Assembly: GCA_013265495.1 (NCBI GenBank)
Contig: MU058444.1
Span: 1,674,001-1,738,000 of the forward strand
DNA: 64,000 nucleotides
Direction: 5' to 3'
Origin: Vicugna vicugna
Taxonomy: Eukaryota
Shown here: piece by piece, positions 43,501-56,197 of the stretch
Layout: each line of letters begins with the position of its first letter
How positions within the stretch are numbered: position 1 is the stretch's first letter
Program-made: the position numbers and the translations under genes
The notes under the pieces: model-generated
What the model was told of the DNA's origin: nothing
The model's input: only the letters and a program-made list of their open reading frames with translations
Database searches by the model: none

Positions 43501-46500
43501 GCTGCAATGACTGGCTGCACTTTTGTTTGTACTTACCTTTTCACCATCTCTTCCTGGTTCTCCTTTGTAACCCGGTAATCCTCGTGCTCCCTAAATTAAC
43601 CACAAAACAAAATCCTGTTAATTACATTTTTTCGGTTCACTAGAAATGGTGTTTCTAAAATACATACAAACGCAGTACATACTTGTATTCCTGGGGTTCC
43701 TGGAACACCGGGTGACCCTGCCATTCCCTGGTATCCCTGAACAAAAATAAACAAGAAATAATTACTATTTCATCATATCCACAAAGAGCGGGTCCCCCAT
43801 TTCAGAATTCACTCCCTCTCACGTTTCTTCCACCAAAGACTTCACTTGGGGACTGTTTAAAAAACCAAAATATCAAATAGTAAATGCTTCATAAGGAATT
43901 CATATCCCTCAGTCTGAAATAGCCCCTAGTTCAAGAAAAAAAAATCCAGATGTGCCTCCATTAAAAGGAAAGCTGTGGGAGGGAAATGCAGGGCCACTGT
44001 TCACAGTTCCTAGAGAAATGTTCTGCCCATGAGAATAGATTCAATATATTCGAGAGAAAAACATGTAAGATTGGAGAATTAAACAAATGTAATGCATTTT
44101 TTAAACTACCTGATGAATGACCATCCGAGTTAACTTCTGGAATAAATTACACCTTGATGAGTGCTATTCTTCAGGGTAAGTCTAGAACAGCCTTTGGGTT
44201 GCCCAGTTCAGAAACCTGCTCGTGTTTACCCCAGGACCATGGCTGGGACACGTCCCCCCCCACCTCCCAAGGCTGAGCGTTCTGCCGAGGTGAGGGTCAC
44301 CTTCCTCTCCACTGCTTCCCACACGTCCCTCCAGAAACTGGAGCCTTGGTGAAAGAGCACAACTACTTTTCAGAGACAGGCAAACCATTCTTTACTCAGC
44401 GCACGGCAACTAAACTCCAGAGCAAACCTGCAGGCTCTCAACATTTATGTAGCTTTCCCCAGTTCAACGTCACGTTGACTTGGACCATCTGGCCCCTGCA
44501 AATATTCACCTTTCTCATCCACATCCCATCTTTCTCGGATCCTACAGTTTTGGGTACAGCTTTTTTATTGTCAACAGTTATGAACACAGGTCTAATTCTT
44601 GTTTCCAATTATAGCTTCATTCTTCCATCCAGAAGCTTCCTTTCCATGTGTCTGCACTGATCTTGGTATTCACTCACTCGTCACTACATTTTTAGCTGCA
44701 ATTTTAGAGCCATCAGAATTCCCTGGTCTTCCATTCCCATTTTCAAATACTCCCTCTACTCCTCTTTGTTAGCTCTAATAACAGTAACAGCAACAATAAT
44801 AATAATGGTTGTCTCAGAGAGACCAGTCTTACATCATTGCTTCTTCTCCTTTGGTGCACACATTTCTCATTTTGTAGAGTGTGCTCAGCCACTCCCAGAA
44901 GGATGCCTATATAATTTCTATCACCAGCCATCATCTTTCCCTTCACATCCCATTCAGTTGTTCATAGAATGGATCATTATGCCGTCTCTAGTATTCCTCA
45001 AACTCAAATACTTCTCTTGAGTCCAACTGCCCAATCTTTAAACATTGTACTTGTGAAGTCTCACAACCAACCGTTACCTATTCCATACAAAACAGCCTGC
45101 AGTTTTCAAACCCGCCCTATGCTGTCTGGGTTGGCACTGTCTCTGTCACTGAATTATGTGCCCCTTGAGATGACAGATCATGTATCATTTCTATATTTCT
45201 AGCACCAAACAGAGCATCTGTCACATTCTGTGTTAATCAGACACTGGAAAAATCCACCTTCCATCCACGCTGAACAGAAGGGTGAACAACCTCTTTCCCC
45301 AAGGAACCACATTATATGTGGGCTGCTTCCGGTCTCAAATGGAAACTCCAAATAATACTATGTGGTTCGTGTTCTCATGACGGGTGAGAAGAAAGAAGAA
45401 AGTCAATCTACACAGTTCGCTCGGCCGCTCCAGTTAACACAGAATCTCTTCCATGCAACCACTTTGGAATCAGGGGGGCTTAGAATTGTACTTCAATTGT
45501 CACTGCCAGCACATGCCTGCACAGAGCTAGGTTACTTATAAATGACGCCACTCAGATGGGTCAACGCCCTGTGTGCACAGTCTAGAGGCTGACATGACTT
45601 ACGACATGCCATTGTGACTGACAGAAATCAATGTAGCACTGATTTATATAGTTATTTATCATGTTCCAGACTAAGTACATCACCTTTGCTAATTCCCTTA
45701 ATCCTCACGACCGTCCTTTATTGTAGGTTCTGCCTTATCCCCATCTTCAGATGAGGAAACTGAGGCACCGAAAGTTAAATAACTTGCCCACAGTTACATC
45801 GCTCGTATATGGAAAGAACACGTGGAAACACCCTCATCAGAAGACACTTTATGGTGCATCAGACCTTTTGATTCAAGACTGATTCATCAGATTCGAAGTC
45901 CATTTGCCAGACTACTTTGAAATCATTTAGAATTCTGAAGACCCAGAGGAAAAGAACGTTCATAAAATTCCTCAAAAGAAAGTTACCACGGAGACTGGCG
46001 ACGTATCAGAATGGTCAGTCATCAGCAAAGTTCCCACTTCATGAACTGTTTTCTTTCACAGTTTTTCAAAAGTGAAGTCAAATGGCACATCAGCTTTATT
46101 ATGTTTTGCAAAGAGCTAATCTTTTGTATAAGATTAAAAGTTGCCACGCCATCACTCCCCGCCGACGGAGTTCACGTGTGCATCTCTGAGAGAGGACACA
46201 TCACGTTCTGGTGGGTTAAGGCAACGTGGAGATGCCCCAGACAGTGTTCCCAGCTCACCTCTGACTCATACTGTGACCTCAGGCAAAGTCATCAAATCCC
46301 CAAGTCCTGGGAGGCCACACCGTGGAACGGAAAGACAATGAATTCTGAAATTGGAAAAGACCGTGGGCTGGACCTTCGCTCCTCCCTTCACTTTCTGCGG
46401 GACCTGGGCTGAGTCATCCTGCCCAGCGAAGCCTGAGCTTCTCCCCATCAGCCGGGATGACGATCCCCACGTCCCTTCTGGAAAGAAACGCACGGACTCA

Positions 46501-49012
46501 CAGGTGAAAACGTCTGGCAGGTGTTAGGAACTCAGTAAACGTGTGCTCCTTCCTTCCCTTCACACTCGGCGACTGTTGCACGGAGCACAAGGACACTCGT
46601 GCAGAACACTGTTCTGTAGCCTTCGTGTCCACCGTTGGTGGGTGAGGAATAGCAGGTCGGGGCATCACGTCCTGACGTGGCCTTTTCTCATCCTCCATAC
46701 GGATCTCATGTTGAATGCGTGTGTTTCCCAATGGTCCCGTTCGCTTTGCCTTTGGAAGACTGCAGTACGGGAATAACAGCCTCCTACCGTGTGAGGACCG
46801 GATTGTTGTTTTCCTAACTTACAATGAGACGCATTCTTGAAAACTTAGTCGTAGAAAGAAATTCAAAGGTTATTTTAGAAGCTAGAGGAGGCATGATTAG
46901 TAACAAAATAAGGAAAAAGCAAAACCGCATCCAAGCTGGGGGATCCCAGGGCAAATCACCAGAAGAAACTGGATGAAATTCAGAAAAACAAGGTTTGGAA
47001 ATAAAAATCAGGAAAATAAAGGTTAATAGGGAGGACTATTACAACACAGAACAATTTCCAAGAGGAGCAAGAAATCAAATATCGGCTGACTCATAGCAGG
47101 GTACACTAGAACAAGAAAATGCCCAGAAACGGGAAAAATGATCAGTTTTTTATAGAGCTCCCTCAGCTTTTATTTTTCTAACTACACAAGCCTGTGTTTT
47201 CTTGTAGAACTGTAACTTTCCCATGATCGTTGACTAATTAATCCTGCTCAATGTTAATTGCGCCATTTTGCAATTACTATCAGGTCCAATTACCCACCCT
47301 ACCCCCGACTGCAAGATTCCTGACACTGTGTCTTTTCCATGTTCACACAAGTCTCTTTGTAAATGAGTCATTTTTTAGGGGAAAAAAAGTTCTCGCTGCC
47401 AAATTGTAGGGTTGAAGAGTACAGAATCAATTTATTTTATTCCATGATTCATAGTTACGATGCTCCAGGAAAGATGTATAGCTTTGAAAAGGAAATTAAG
47501 AAAAGAAAACCATCGAATGTGCAAGGGTCACGATCTCTTTTGAGCCTAATTCTCATTGTACCATAGAATATGCTGCCAATCTAAACGTATCCTTTTTTTA
47601 AGTAGTGAGGATAGAGTATTTCATTTCCTTTAAATTCTCTCAACTTGAAAATGAGAATGAAATCTAGAGAAATCATTTTGGATGTCACTCTTCTTTTTAA
47701 AACGTTAAGAATGTGATTTAAAGTTTATTCAATTATTACATAACTGTCGTCAATGTTTCCCAGAATTCCAACAGATTCTCTTAGGTACCCAGCCAGGGTA
47801 GCTAGGTAACCGAAATCAAGTGTATGGTTTTAACGTCCACAGTGGATTTTTCCAGTCATTGGCAGACGTTATAGCTCTACACAATGAAATGCTAGGAATA
47901 TTCATAAGGTCTATGTCTTTCCAGGTGTATCAGTTTGTTGGCCACCAAATATGAGTCAAGTAGTTTATACGCTTTTAGCGATTGCTCAAATTACTTGAGT
48001 CACAGATCGAACAGATGTCAAATTACACCTGCGCGAAGATCTAAGAAAGAATTGCGATGCTGTGGGAGGCAGTCAGGGGAGCTTTCCGAAGGGACAAGCT
48101 CAAAGGAACAGGAAAGGAACACAGCACATCAGAGGAAGCCCTTCGGTGTGCCCTGCGTCATGGCAGGGTGACCACATCCCCGGAGATGAAAGAGCAGGGA
48201 GATGCAGGCTGCAGAACAGGACCAAAATGGGCGGCTGGGGGTTACACACTCAGCTTGAGAGGATGACGAAGGACTTCGATCTTTATCCAAGCCACTCAAT
48301 CAGGGCGTCACACAGTCAGACTTGAGTTTTGAAAAGCTCACTTGCTGTGCTGCGGAGGGGAAACTAGAGGGGCAGGAAAATCGCAGCGGGGAGGTGGGAG
48401 GTTCTGCAGGGGAGACAATGGGAGGCAGAACCTGAGTCCCTTCAAGGGTATTTAGTCTGCCCTGACAACGGGTAACAGAAGGGGAGGAGCCTGGAGTTTG
48501 GGGATGGTGTCCAAGTTTCTGGCTACTGATGTCACTGACCGAGAGAGACTTTGGAGGAAAAGACAGTTGAACTGGTTGCAAAATATGAAGTAGCACAAAC
48601 GTTTAAAAATATTTTTATGGACTAATATTTCTAGTTGACAATGAGAAGCTATATGTTTCTGTGGAATAAAAAAACAGAATTTCTACTTCAAATTAAAGCA
48701 AACTCTATTTAATATAGAGATCTTCTTCGAGTTATAATGGGGCTACGTCCAGAAAAAGTCCATCTTAGGTTGAAAATATCATAAGTTGAAAATGCATTGA
48801 ATACACCTAACCCATCCAGCATCGTAACAGTCCAGCCTCCCCTAAATGTGCTCAGAATACTTGCATCAGCCTACAGTGGGGCAAAATCATTTTACTAGAG
48901 AGAAAGAAGGTGAACTGACCAAGCGGTGGATACTTCGTTTGAGGCAAAGGGGCCATATTTTGGTTCATCAGTGACACTCTCATCGGAGTTTTGTGTGTGG
49001 GTCTGTGTGTAT

Positions 49013-49044
<32 letters not shown>

Positions 49045-52000
49045 CTGCGTCTGTCTGTGTGTGTGTTTAATGGCAGTGGGAGGCAGTGAGACAACGAACA
49101 TCTCGGATAAGGAACCCAGACTGAGAAGTGGGAGTTTCAGGTAGAAACTGTTCTCTCTAGAAGGATGTTTCATACACTTCATAATCGGACCGCTTCTTGT
49201 AAATCTCTTTTCCAAGCTACATAATAGTCACTCCTTTGGCTTTTATCCTAATGTATCCCATTTTCCAAATCCTTCATCTCCATGGCAGGCAGCCCCAATT
49301 CCCCACAGCTCTTAAACCATCGGGTCCACAATTGGTACCATATTCACTGAAGCGTCTGAAAAGAGGAAAACACAAAATGCGTGTCTCGTGTGTGGGTCCT
49401 ACTGTTCTGTTATTAGCAACTGGCCCCTGTCAAGCTTACTTGGCAGGACTGAGTGCTAGTTTTCCGCCCTTTCTGCCCTTTCCGCACCGCCATTCTTGAG
49501 GACTTGAGAATTCTAGAACAGCATCCTTGCATAGATTACACCCCAAGCTACTGAACTCCTCCCTGCACGGACCATCTTCTGAGCGCTTCCCTCTTCTGAA
49601 TGAATTCCAGATCCTATGTACCCTCAAAGCATAGAATCCTAAACCGAATCCAACACTCCAAAAGCAGAACTGTAATTTTTCTTAATACAGACATCATTAT
49701 TTTACCAACAGTTGCCAAAATTTGCATTATTCTTTCAGGCTGCCCATTACGTATGCTAATTCCCCTTTTAACGAGGTTACATGTAAGTCCCATCTCCCAG
49801 ACCAGTCTTCTAGTAGAATTCAACTTCACTCCGTTAGAGTAGCCATCCTCCCAGTTGGCCAAATCTTTTTGGATCTTTGTGTCACCCTAAAGGCCAAAAT
49901 AAATTCCAGAAATGAAATCAAGACTTTACAATTCTTAAAAATCATATCAAGTAAATGAGCATATAGTAGACCATCTAATGCTTAAAAAAAAAAAAAGAAT
50001 CCTAGAAGAAATAAAAAAAGAAATATTTGATTGTGGGGAATTTTTAACATTTCTAAAATTTAAAAACAAATGTCTAAACCAGATAAAGACATAGGACATT
50101 TCTGACGTATATATCAAAGGATGGATTATCTTGGAGTGTAAGAAGCTCATTAATCGATACTCAAAATACCATGACTTCGACAGAAAGCAGGTGGAGGCCG
50201 AGAAAGGACAGTTCACAAAAAGAGAACTCCCTCTGAATGCCAGACTTCTATATTCAGCCTCTCACTTAAAATATCTACCTGAACGTCTAACATAAAACTC
50301 TGATACATCCAAAAGCATCCTCCTGACTCCCCTGCCCAATTTTTCTCCACCCCATCCTTCCATGTCTCATTGGAGTCACCCTTGACTTCTCCGTCTCAGA
50401 CTCACATCCAGCCCACCCTCTACATCAGCAAATCCTGTCGGCTCTACCTTCCAAATATCCCTGGAACATAAGAGGTTCCCTTCACCTCACTCCCACCATC
50501 CTGACGCTAGTTACCATTATCTCATTCCTAGATTATTTCAAGAGCCCCCTGCTTTGGCCCTTGTCACCCTAAAATCTATTTTCAATTCAGAAGTCTTTCA
50601 ACTCGGAAGTCGGAGTGATTTCCTTTAAAAATAAGTTACATCACATCATTCCTTTATTTAAGACCCTCTCAAGAGTCTCCCGAGGTCCCCTCGATGGAAA
50701 GTCAAAGTCAAGCCATCACAAGGTCGTAGAGAGCTCTGGGGGGTCCCCTCCCACCTCCCTCCTACCTCACGCCTTCCCCTCCGAGTACCTGCCCCATCCT
50801 CTTTTCACCTGAGAAGCTCATGTAACTTTGACCGTCATTTCCATCTTTGCATCTCCTCCTCTGACTGATACTCCCCATCCGTGCTGACTACCACTCCTGT
50901 AGGGTTTACTCCTCTGGAGACAGCAGGCCCCTTCTGGAATCTCCAGACCACTCAGAGGCGCCCTGGGGGCGGGGGGCACTGCATCACTGACGTGCCTGTT
51001 GACCCATCCACCCCTTTGCCTATTGGCATCAGTGCTGGCCAGTCTTCCTGAGCCCCTTCTTAAGGCCAATATGGAAAATCCCCTCCAGAATTCCACAGCT
51101 CGGTCCAGGTCAGCCTGCCTTCTTCGCAAATACAATGGCTTTCCTGAAATCTTAGAAAAATCGGCGTTGGCCTCATCTGGCACCATCTTCTTATTTTCCA
51201 GATGAGAAACCTGAGGCTCATGAAAGGAAGGCAACCGTTAACAGCAAAGCAGAGGGCGACACAGCCCCAGATCTTTCCAGCAACTAGCTGGGCTTTGGTT
51301 TCAGCGAAGTCGTCCCCTTCTCAAAAAGTAATTAACAATGACCGAAAAAAGACAAGGAATGAGCACCATAAAAACATGAACTTCTACCAAATCATAAAAT
51401 AGCCCTATTATGTTTCAGTAAATGGCCTCCTTTAAAAAAATCAGTGTCACAGCAGCACAAGGCCTTGAATAGGTGCGCTGCTCTGAATTATTGAGCAGGA
51501 CACATAAGTAGTTCCTCTGCCCCTCTTTTTCTCAGGATAAAAGAATAAGACAGTCATAAGCTTGGACACTGAGCTGAGAGAAGTTATTTCACTGATAGAG
51601 AAATTAAAAAGCAGTGGAAGCGTTTGAAAAAGAGCTCTTTAATTTGGGTTGAAGGCATTTTCCTTATGAAAATGAGTATTTCTCCAGGGTGGAATAATTT
51701 CCTATTTAAAGCTTCAGTGGACTTGGCCGGGTTATAATGTGAAAAAGATCCAGATTGCTTACTGAGGGGGGGTTGCACAGAACCAAATCCAAACAAAGCA
51801 GAATTCCCTTCAAGTTGTTCGGCCAAGTTCCCTTGGCCAGATGGCTTCAATCACCAGCCAGAGGCTCCACCCACATCTTCCCACCCCTACTGTGCGCTGG
51901 CCCTGGACACACGCTAATGACCCTCAGCTGTTCTGGCTCCCAGGTTGACTTTCTCTTCCTGCCTGGCCACCCAACCTCCTATCTCCTGCAGAGGGGAAAA

Positions 52001-55000
52001 AAACAGGGGGGAAGGGAGATACTTGAGAAAAAAGTCATCCCATTGGGTAAACCGGGTTAGGAGTTGTGTATCAGTTTCCCGTTGCTGCTGTAACAAAGGA
52101 CCCCAGACTCAGAGGCTTAACACAGCACCTACTTCTGGTTCTGGAGGTCAGAAGTCCAAAATAGGTATAGGGGGCTAAACTCTTGGTGTTTCTGGGGCTG
52201 TGTTCCTTCCAGAGGCTCTCGGGGAGAATCTGCTCTTACCCTTCTGCAGCTTTGGAAAGGAGGCTGCCTGCATTCCTTGGCTCATGGCAGCCTCACTCTC
52301 ATCTCTGTTTCCATCATTGTGTCCCCTCCTCGGACTGTGATTATACCAGGCCACTCAACTTAACCAGGAAAAGATCTGCATCTCAATGTCCCTTTGCCCT
52401 GAAAGGTGACATATTCACAGATCTTGGAGACGAGGATGTGACATTATTCTGTCAACTACAGTTGGTTAGGTCTTCCTCTGACATCAGATACCCCAATACC
52501 ATCTAACATCTAAACCGATGCTACATATGTGTAAGTGCATCACCTTGCTGTACACCTGGAACAATGTAAGTCAACTATACACCCATTAGAAGATTTTTAA
52601 TAAATCTTAAAGAATAAAATAAAGATGTAAACAATTTAAATAAATCAGTAGATACTAAAGGGCCATATTTGTACATACACACACACAAAACACAAATATA
52701 GATGTACTGGATGAGATGAGACAATAAGTCAATGATAGCTCAAATAAGGGTCATAGAGCAAAGTCGACGGTTACTGCCTCAGGCTGACTGTAACTAATTT
52801 CCAGTACTACATTCATGGCAGAAAAGGTCCAACCGGAGCTGATAGCCTGTGGAAGGCACTCAGCTCTCAATACTGCCCAGGACTTCTCACCGTGGAAAAC
52901 ACAAAACCCGAAGTCACCTGGCAGCGCTGTCAGAGGGGCTCAGTGACGTCAAGAGGTACCAGCAGATGACACTTCAGGCCACGTGTTCCGTACCCCGTGG
53001 CACGGGTCTCCAGGCAGACAAGGCTACCTTCATGAAACTCATCCCCCTCAGTGTGATTAGGGCAGAACCCCCCCAGTCCCCGGGGCCATGTCTTCAGCGG
53101 GAGGGAGGCGTTGCATCGAGGAAATGCACCATCACGTGACATTTGTGGCTATCGCGATAAAGGGATGGGTCATAAGAGGGACTACGAGGCAAGAGCTGGC
53201 CCGTCATGGGAGTTGAGGAGGAAGGCAGAGGGGAGATGCTGGGTTTGGAACCCATGCATTTCATTCAATCCAAATAGAAGCCGTCTCATGATAGACTTCT
53301 CCCCCTCCTCCCTGCAAATACACTACCTCGCTACTTCCGAACTTACTGCCTTGGGCGGCACCCCATTTAAAGGCTGGCCTACCCATACCCTTATCCAGTC
53401 CACACTTCCCCTCTTGTGGCTGGAACCAGTGCCCTCTCACCTACCAAAGGATTTTCTTCCTGCAAATATCCCTTATCTCCCAAATCGTCCAGTCGTCCCC
53501 TTCTGCCTCATTTTCATCATCATATTTTTATGATGCTGATAACATCTCCTATCTTAAAAAAAAAAGAACTTCATCTTCCCCACGCTACTGCTCCATTTCT
53601 GTTTCCTGCTACATCCCTCAGAAGCATCTATAGTCACTGTCACTGTGTTATCTCACACTCTCTCCTGAACCCATTTCAATCCAGCGTCTCCTCAAAACCC
53701 CATTTATCAAGGTCCTCAATTACTTCTATAAAGCAAATCCAAAAGCGGGCTAGGCATAGAGCTCATTTTTATCAACCTCACAGCAGCAGTGAGTGACATG
53801 ATGGATCACTCCCTCCTTCAGATGCGTTCCTTCCTTGGCTTCTGGGACACCTCACTCTCCGTGTTCCTCCTTCTCCACTGAGCGTTCTTTCCCAGCTTCC
53901 TTGGCTGGATCCCTCTCCTGTTTTTCCCATGTAAGAGAGCCCAGCACTCAGTCCCCTGTCTTCTTCTCTTCTCCAGTTCGTGCTTCCTTCCTGAATGATC
54001 GCCTCAGCCCAGGTGGGGTTACGTCCACCTATGTGCTAGGGTCCAGCCTGTGTGCTGTCATTCTCCAACATACTCCTGACTCAAGATGCCCGCCTCTACT
54101 ATCCTCGGAGACGCCTTCGGCAGGTCCACAAACGCATGCTCAATTTCCCCCACAAAACTTCCGTCTCCCCCAGTGTTGCCAGCTCAGGAAATGGTACCAC
54201 CACTCACCCCGCTGCTCAAGCTCAGATCCTCTGAGGCTCCCTTGACTCTTCTCACATTTCACTTGATGGAGATTCTGCCTCCCTTTACATTAAGAAATTA
54301 TCCAAGGTGGGAGGGTATAGCTCAAGTGGTAGAGCGCATGCTTAGCACGCACAAGGTCCTGGGTTCAATCCCCAGTACCTCCTCTAAAAAAAAATACATA
54401 AATAAACCTAAATTACCTCCCCTCTAAAAAAACTTTTAAAAAAGAAATCAGCCAGAATCTGATCACTTCTCTTCCCTTCCGCCACAACACCCTGGTCCAG
54501 GCCAGTCTTTCTTTTCACTCAGAATCTTGAACTGACCTCCTCCGTGGTCTCTGGTCTCCTGCTCCCACTCTCGCCCTGTATGACCCGCTCCCCACAGAAC
54601 ATTCCTATGTCTCTTCCTAGCAGTAAGCCAGTTCAAGTCGCTTCGTCTCCCCAAGCCCCCACACGGCGGCCATCCTGAAGGAGGCAGGGAGCCAGGGAAC
54701 CGGGACCTGTTGCCTAGAGACTTCTTCAAAGGTTTAAAACTAACTTCGAGCTGGCCTTAGGTGACACTTTGGCTTGAGTCATGGAAAGAGCCCCCCTGAA
54801 GGTCTACAAAGCCCTGGCTACATCTAATCTACAGCACCACCTAGTTTAAGGGTCTCGCCTGCTCGAGCTAGCTTGACCACGCTGTGTTAGCTTGACCACG
54901 TTGCCTGGGGGTCCCTCGTTTCCTGATTTTGGCCTGACTACAGTGTTTGAGGGTCCCGAGTTACCTGATCTTGTTTCTGCGGTGTGTTTGCACCGCAGAG

Positions 55001-56153
55001 CAAAACAAGCTAGAAACCAAGCAGAAAAGAGGAGCCCATGGAAAGAAGACAAGAAACACCAAAGAAAACAGATAGAAAGACCCTGTGAAGACCCCAAGAG
55101 CGGGAGTTCTTACATCAAGTCGCCTGGGCTCAAGGCTCCCCCACTCCAGCATCTTTTCCTTTTCTGGGCAATAAAACAGCTTTCACCCTGCCCCTTCGTC
55201 TCCACTGTGAATTCTTTCACGGCCAGAAGACAAGAACCCACCCTTTGGGGTTCTCCCCCTTTTAGGGGGCTCCCCTGCCTGCTAACAATCCCAGTGGGTG
55301 GGTCCAGCAGGACTGGCCCCCCTCCCAGGGGCTCCTCTGCTCTCCGCAGCCCCAGCTGGTCACCCCTCTGTCACCTTCAGATCCTTCCTTTGACCCTCTC
55401 TCTGGAGAGGCTCACCTGTCTATTTAACCCCTTTTCCACGCAGCCCTGGTGTACAAGATGCCCGCACATCGCTACTTCAAAAGTTGGCTGTATTTTTGGA
55501 TTAAATGTCAGCAAAACTCTCTCGGGGACTTAGCAAGCTCTTCTTCTGCCCCGACGGTTGGGGTATTGGTGGTTTAACATTAGGCCTGTGGTTCTTCCCT
55601 GCCTTGAAAATTGCTGACTCACAGTATATATCCCCCCATTCTTCACGGCAAGAGTTGATGTCTCCCGATAAAGTCTCTTAGGCGATATCGGGGTTTTTTT
55701 TTTGTTTTCTTGGTGACAATTATTAAATATTCAAAAGCTAATTCCTAATGTTTAGTTACTGTGATAAACATACTGACAGATAACTTACCGGTAAATATTT
55801 GCCTAAATTGCTTTCCAATGGTTTTGCTTTATGTTTCCTTAATTCATAAATATCCCTGAAGTTCTCTTGAACCTTAGAGGAGATCTTTTTAAGTCCGATT
55901 ATAACACCAGTGCATATATTCTTAGGTAACTAAGAGCCCCTTTAAAAAGACTTTTAGCTTGAAGACTTCAAGTCAGGAAGGGGATAAATAAATAAATAAA
56001 AGGATTTCTGAGCTCACTATTCATTGATACTGAGAATACTGGCTGGACAATTAAAACAAATTTTTTTCCTTCCAGTTTTATTGTGAGATAATTGACATCT
56101 AGCCCCATATACTTTTTTTCTTTTTTTTTTTGGCAGGGGGAGGTAATTCAATT

Positions 56154-56197
<44 letters not shown>

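Noticed and set aside
54892..55533. 213-aa ORF
   Set aside because: Non-ATG start, overlaps the candidate LTR and its flank, and shows no gag/pol/env motif.
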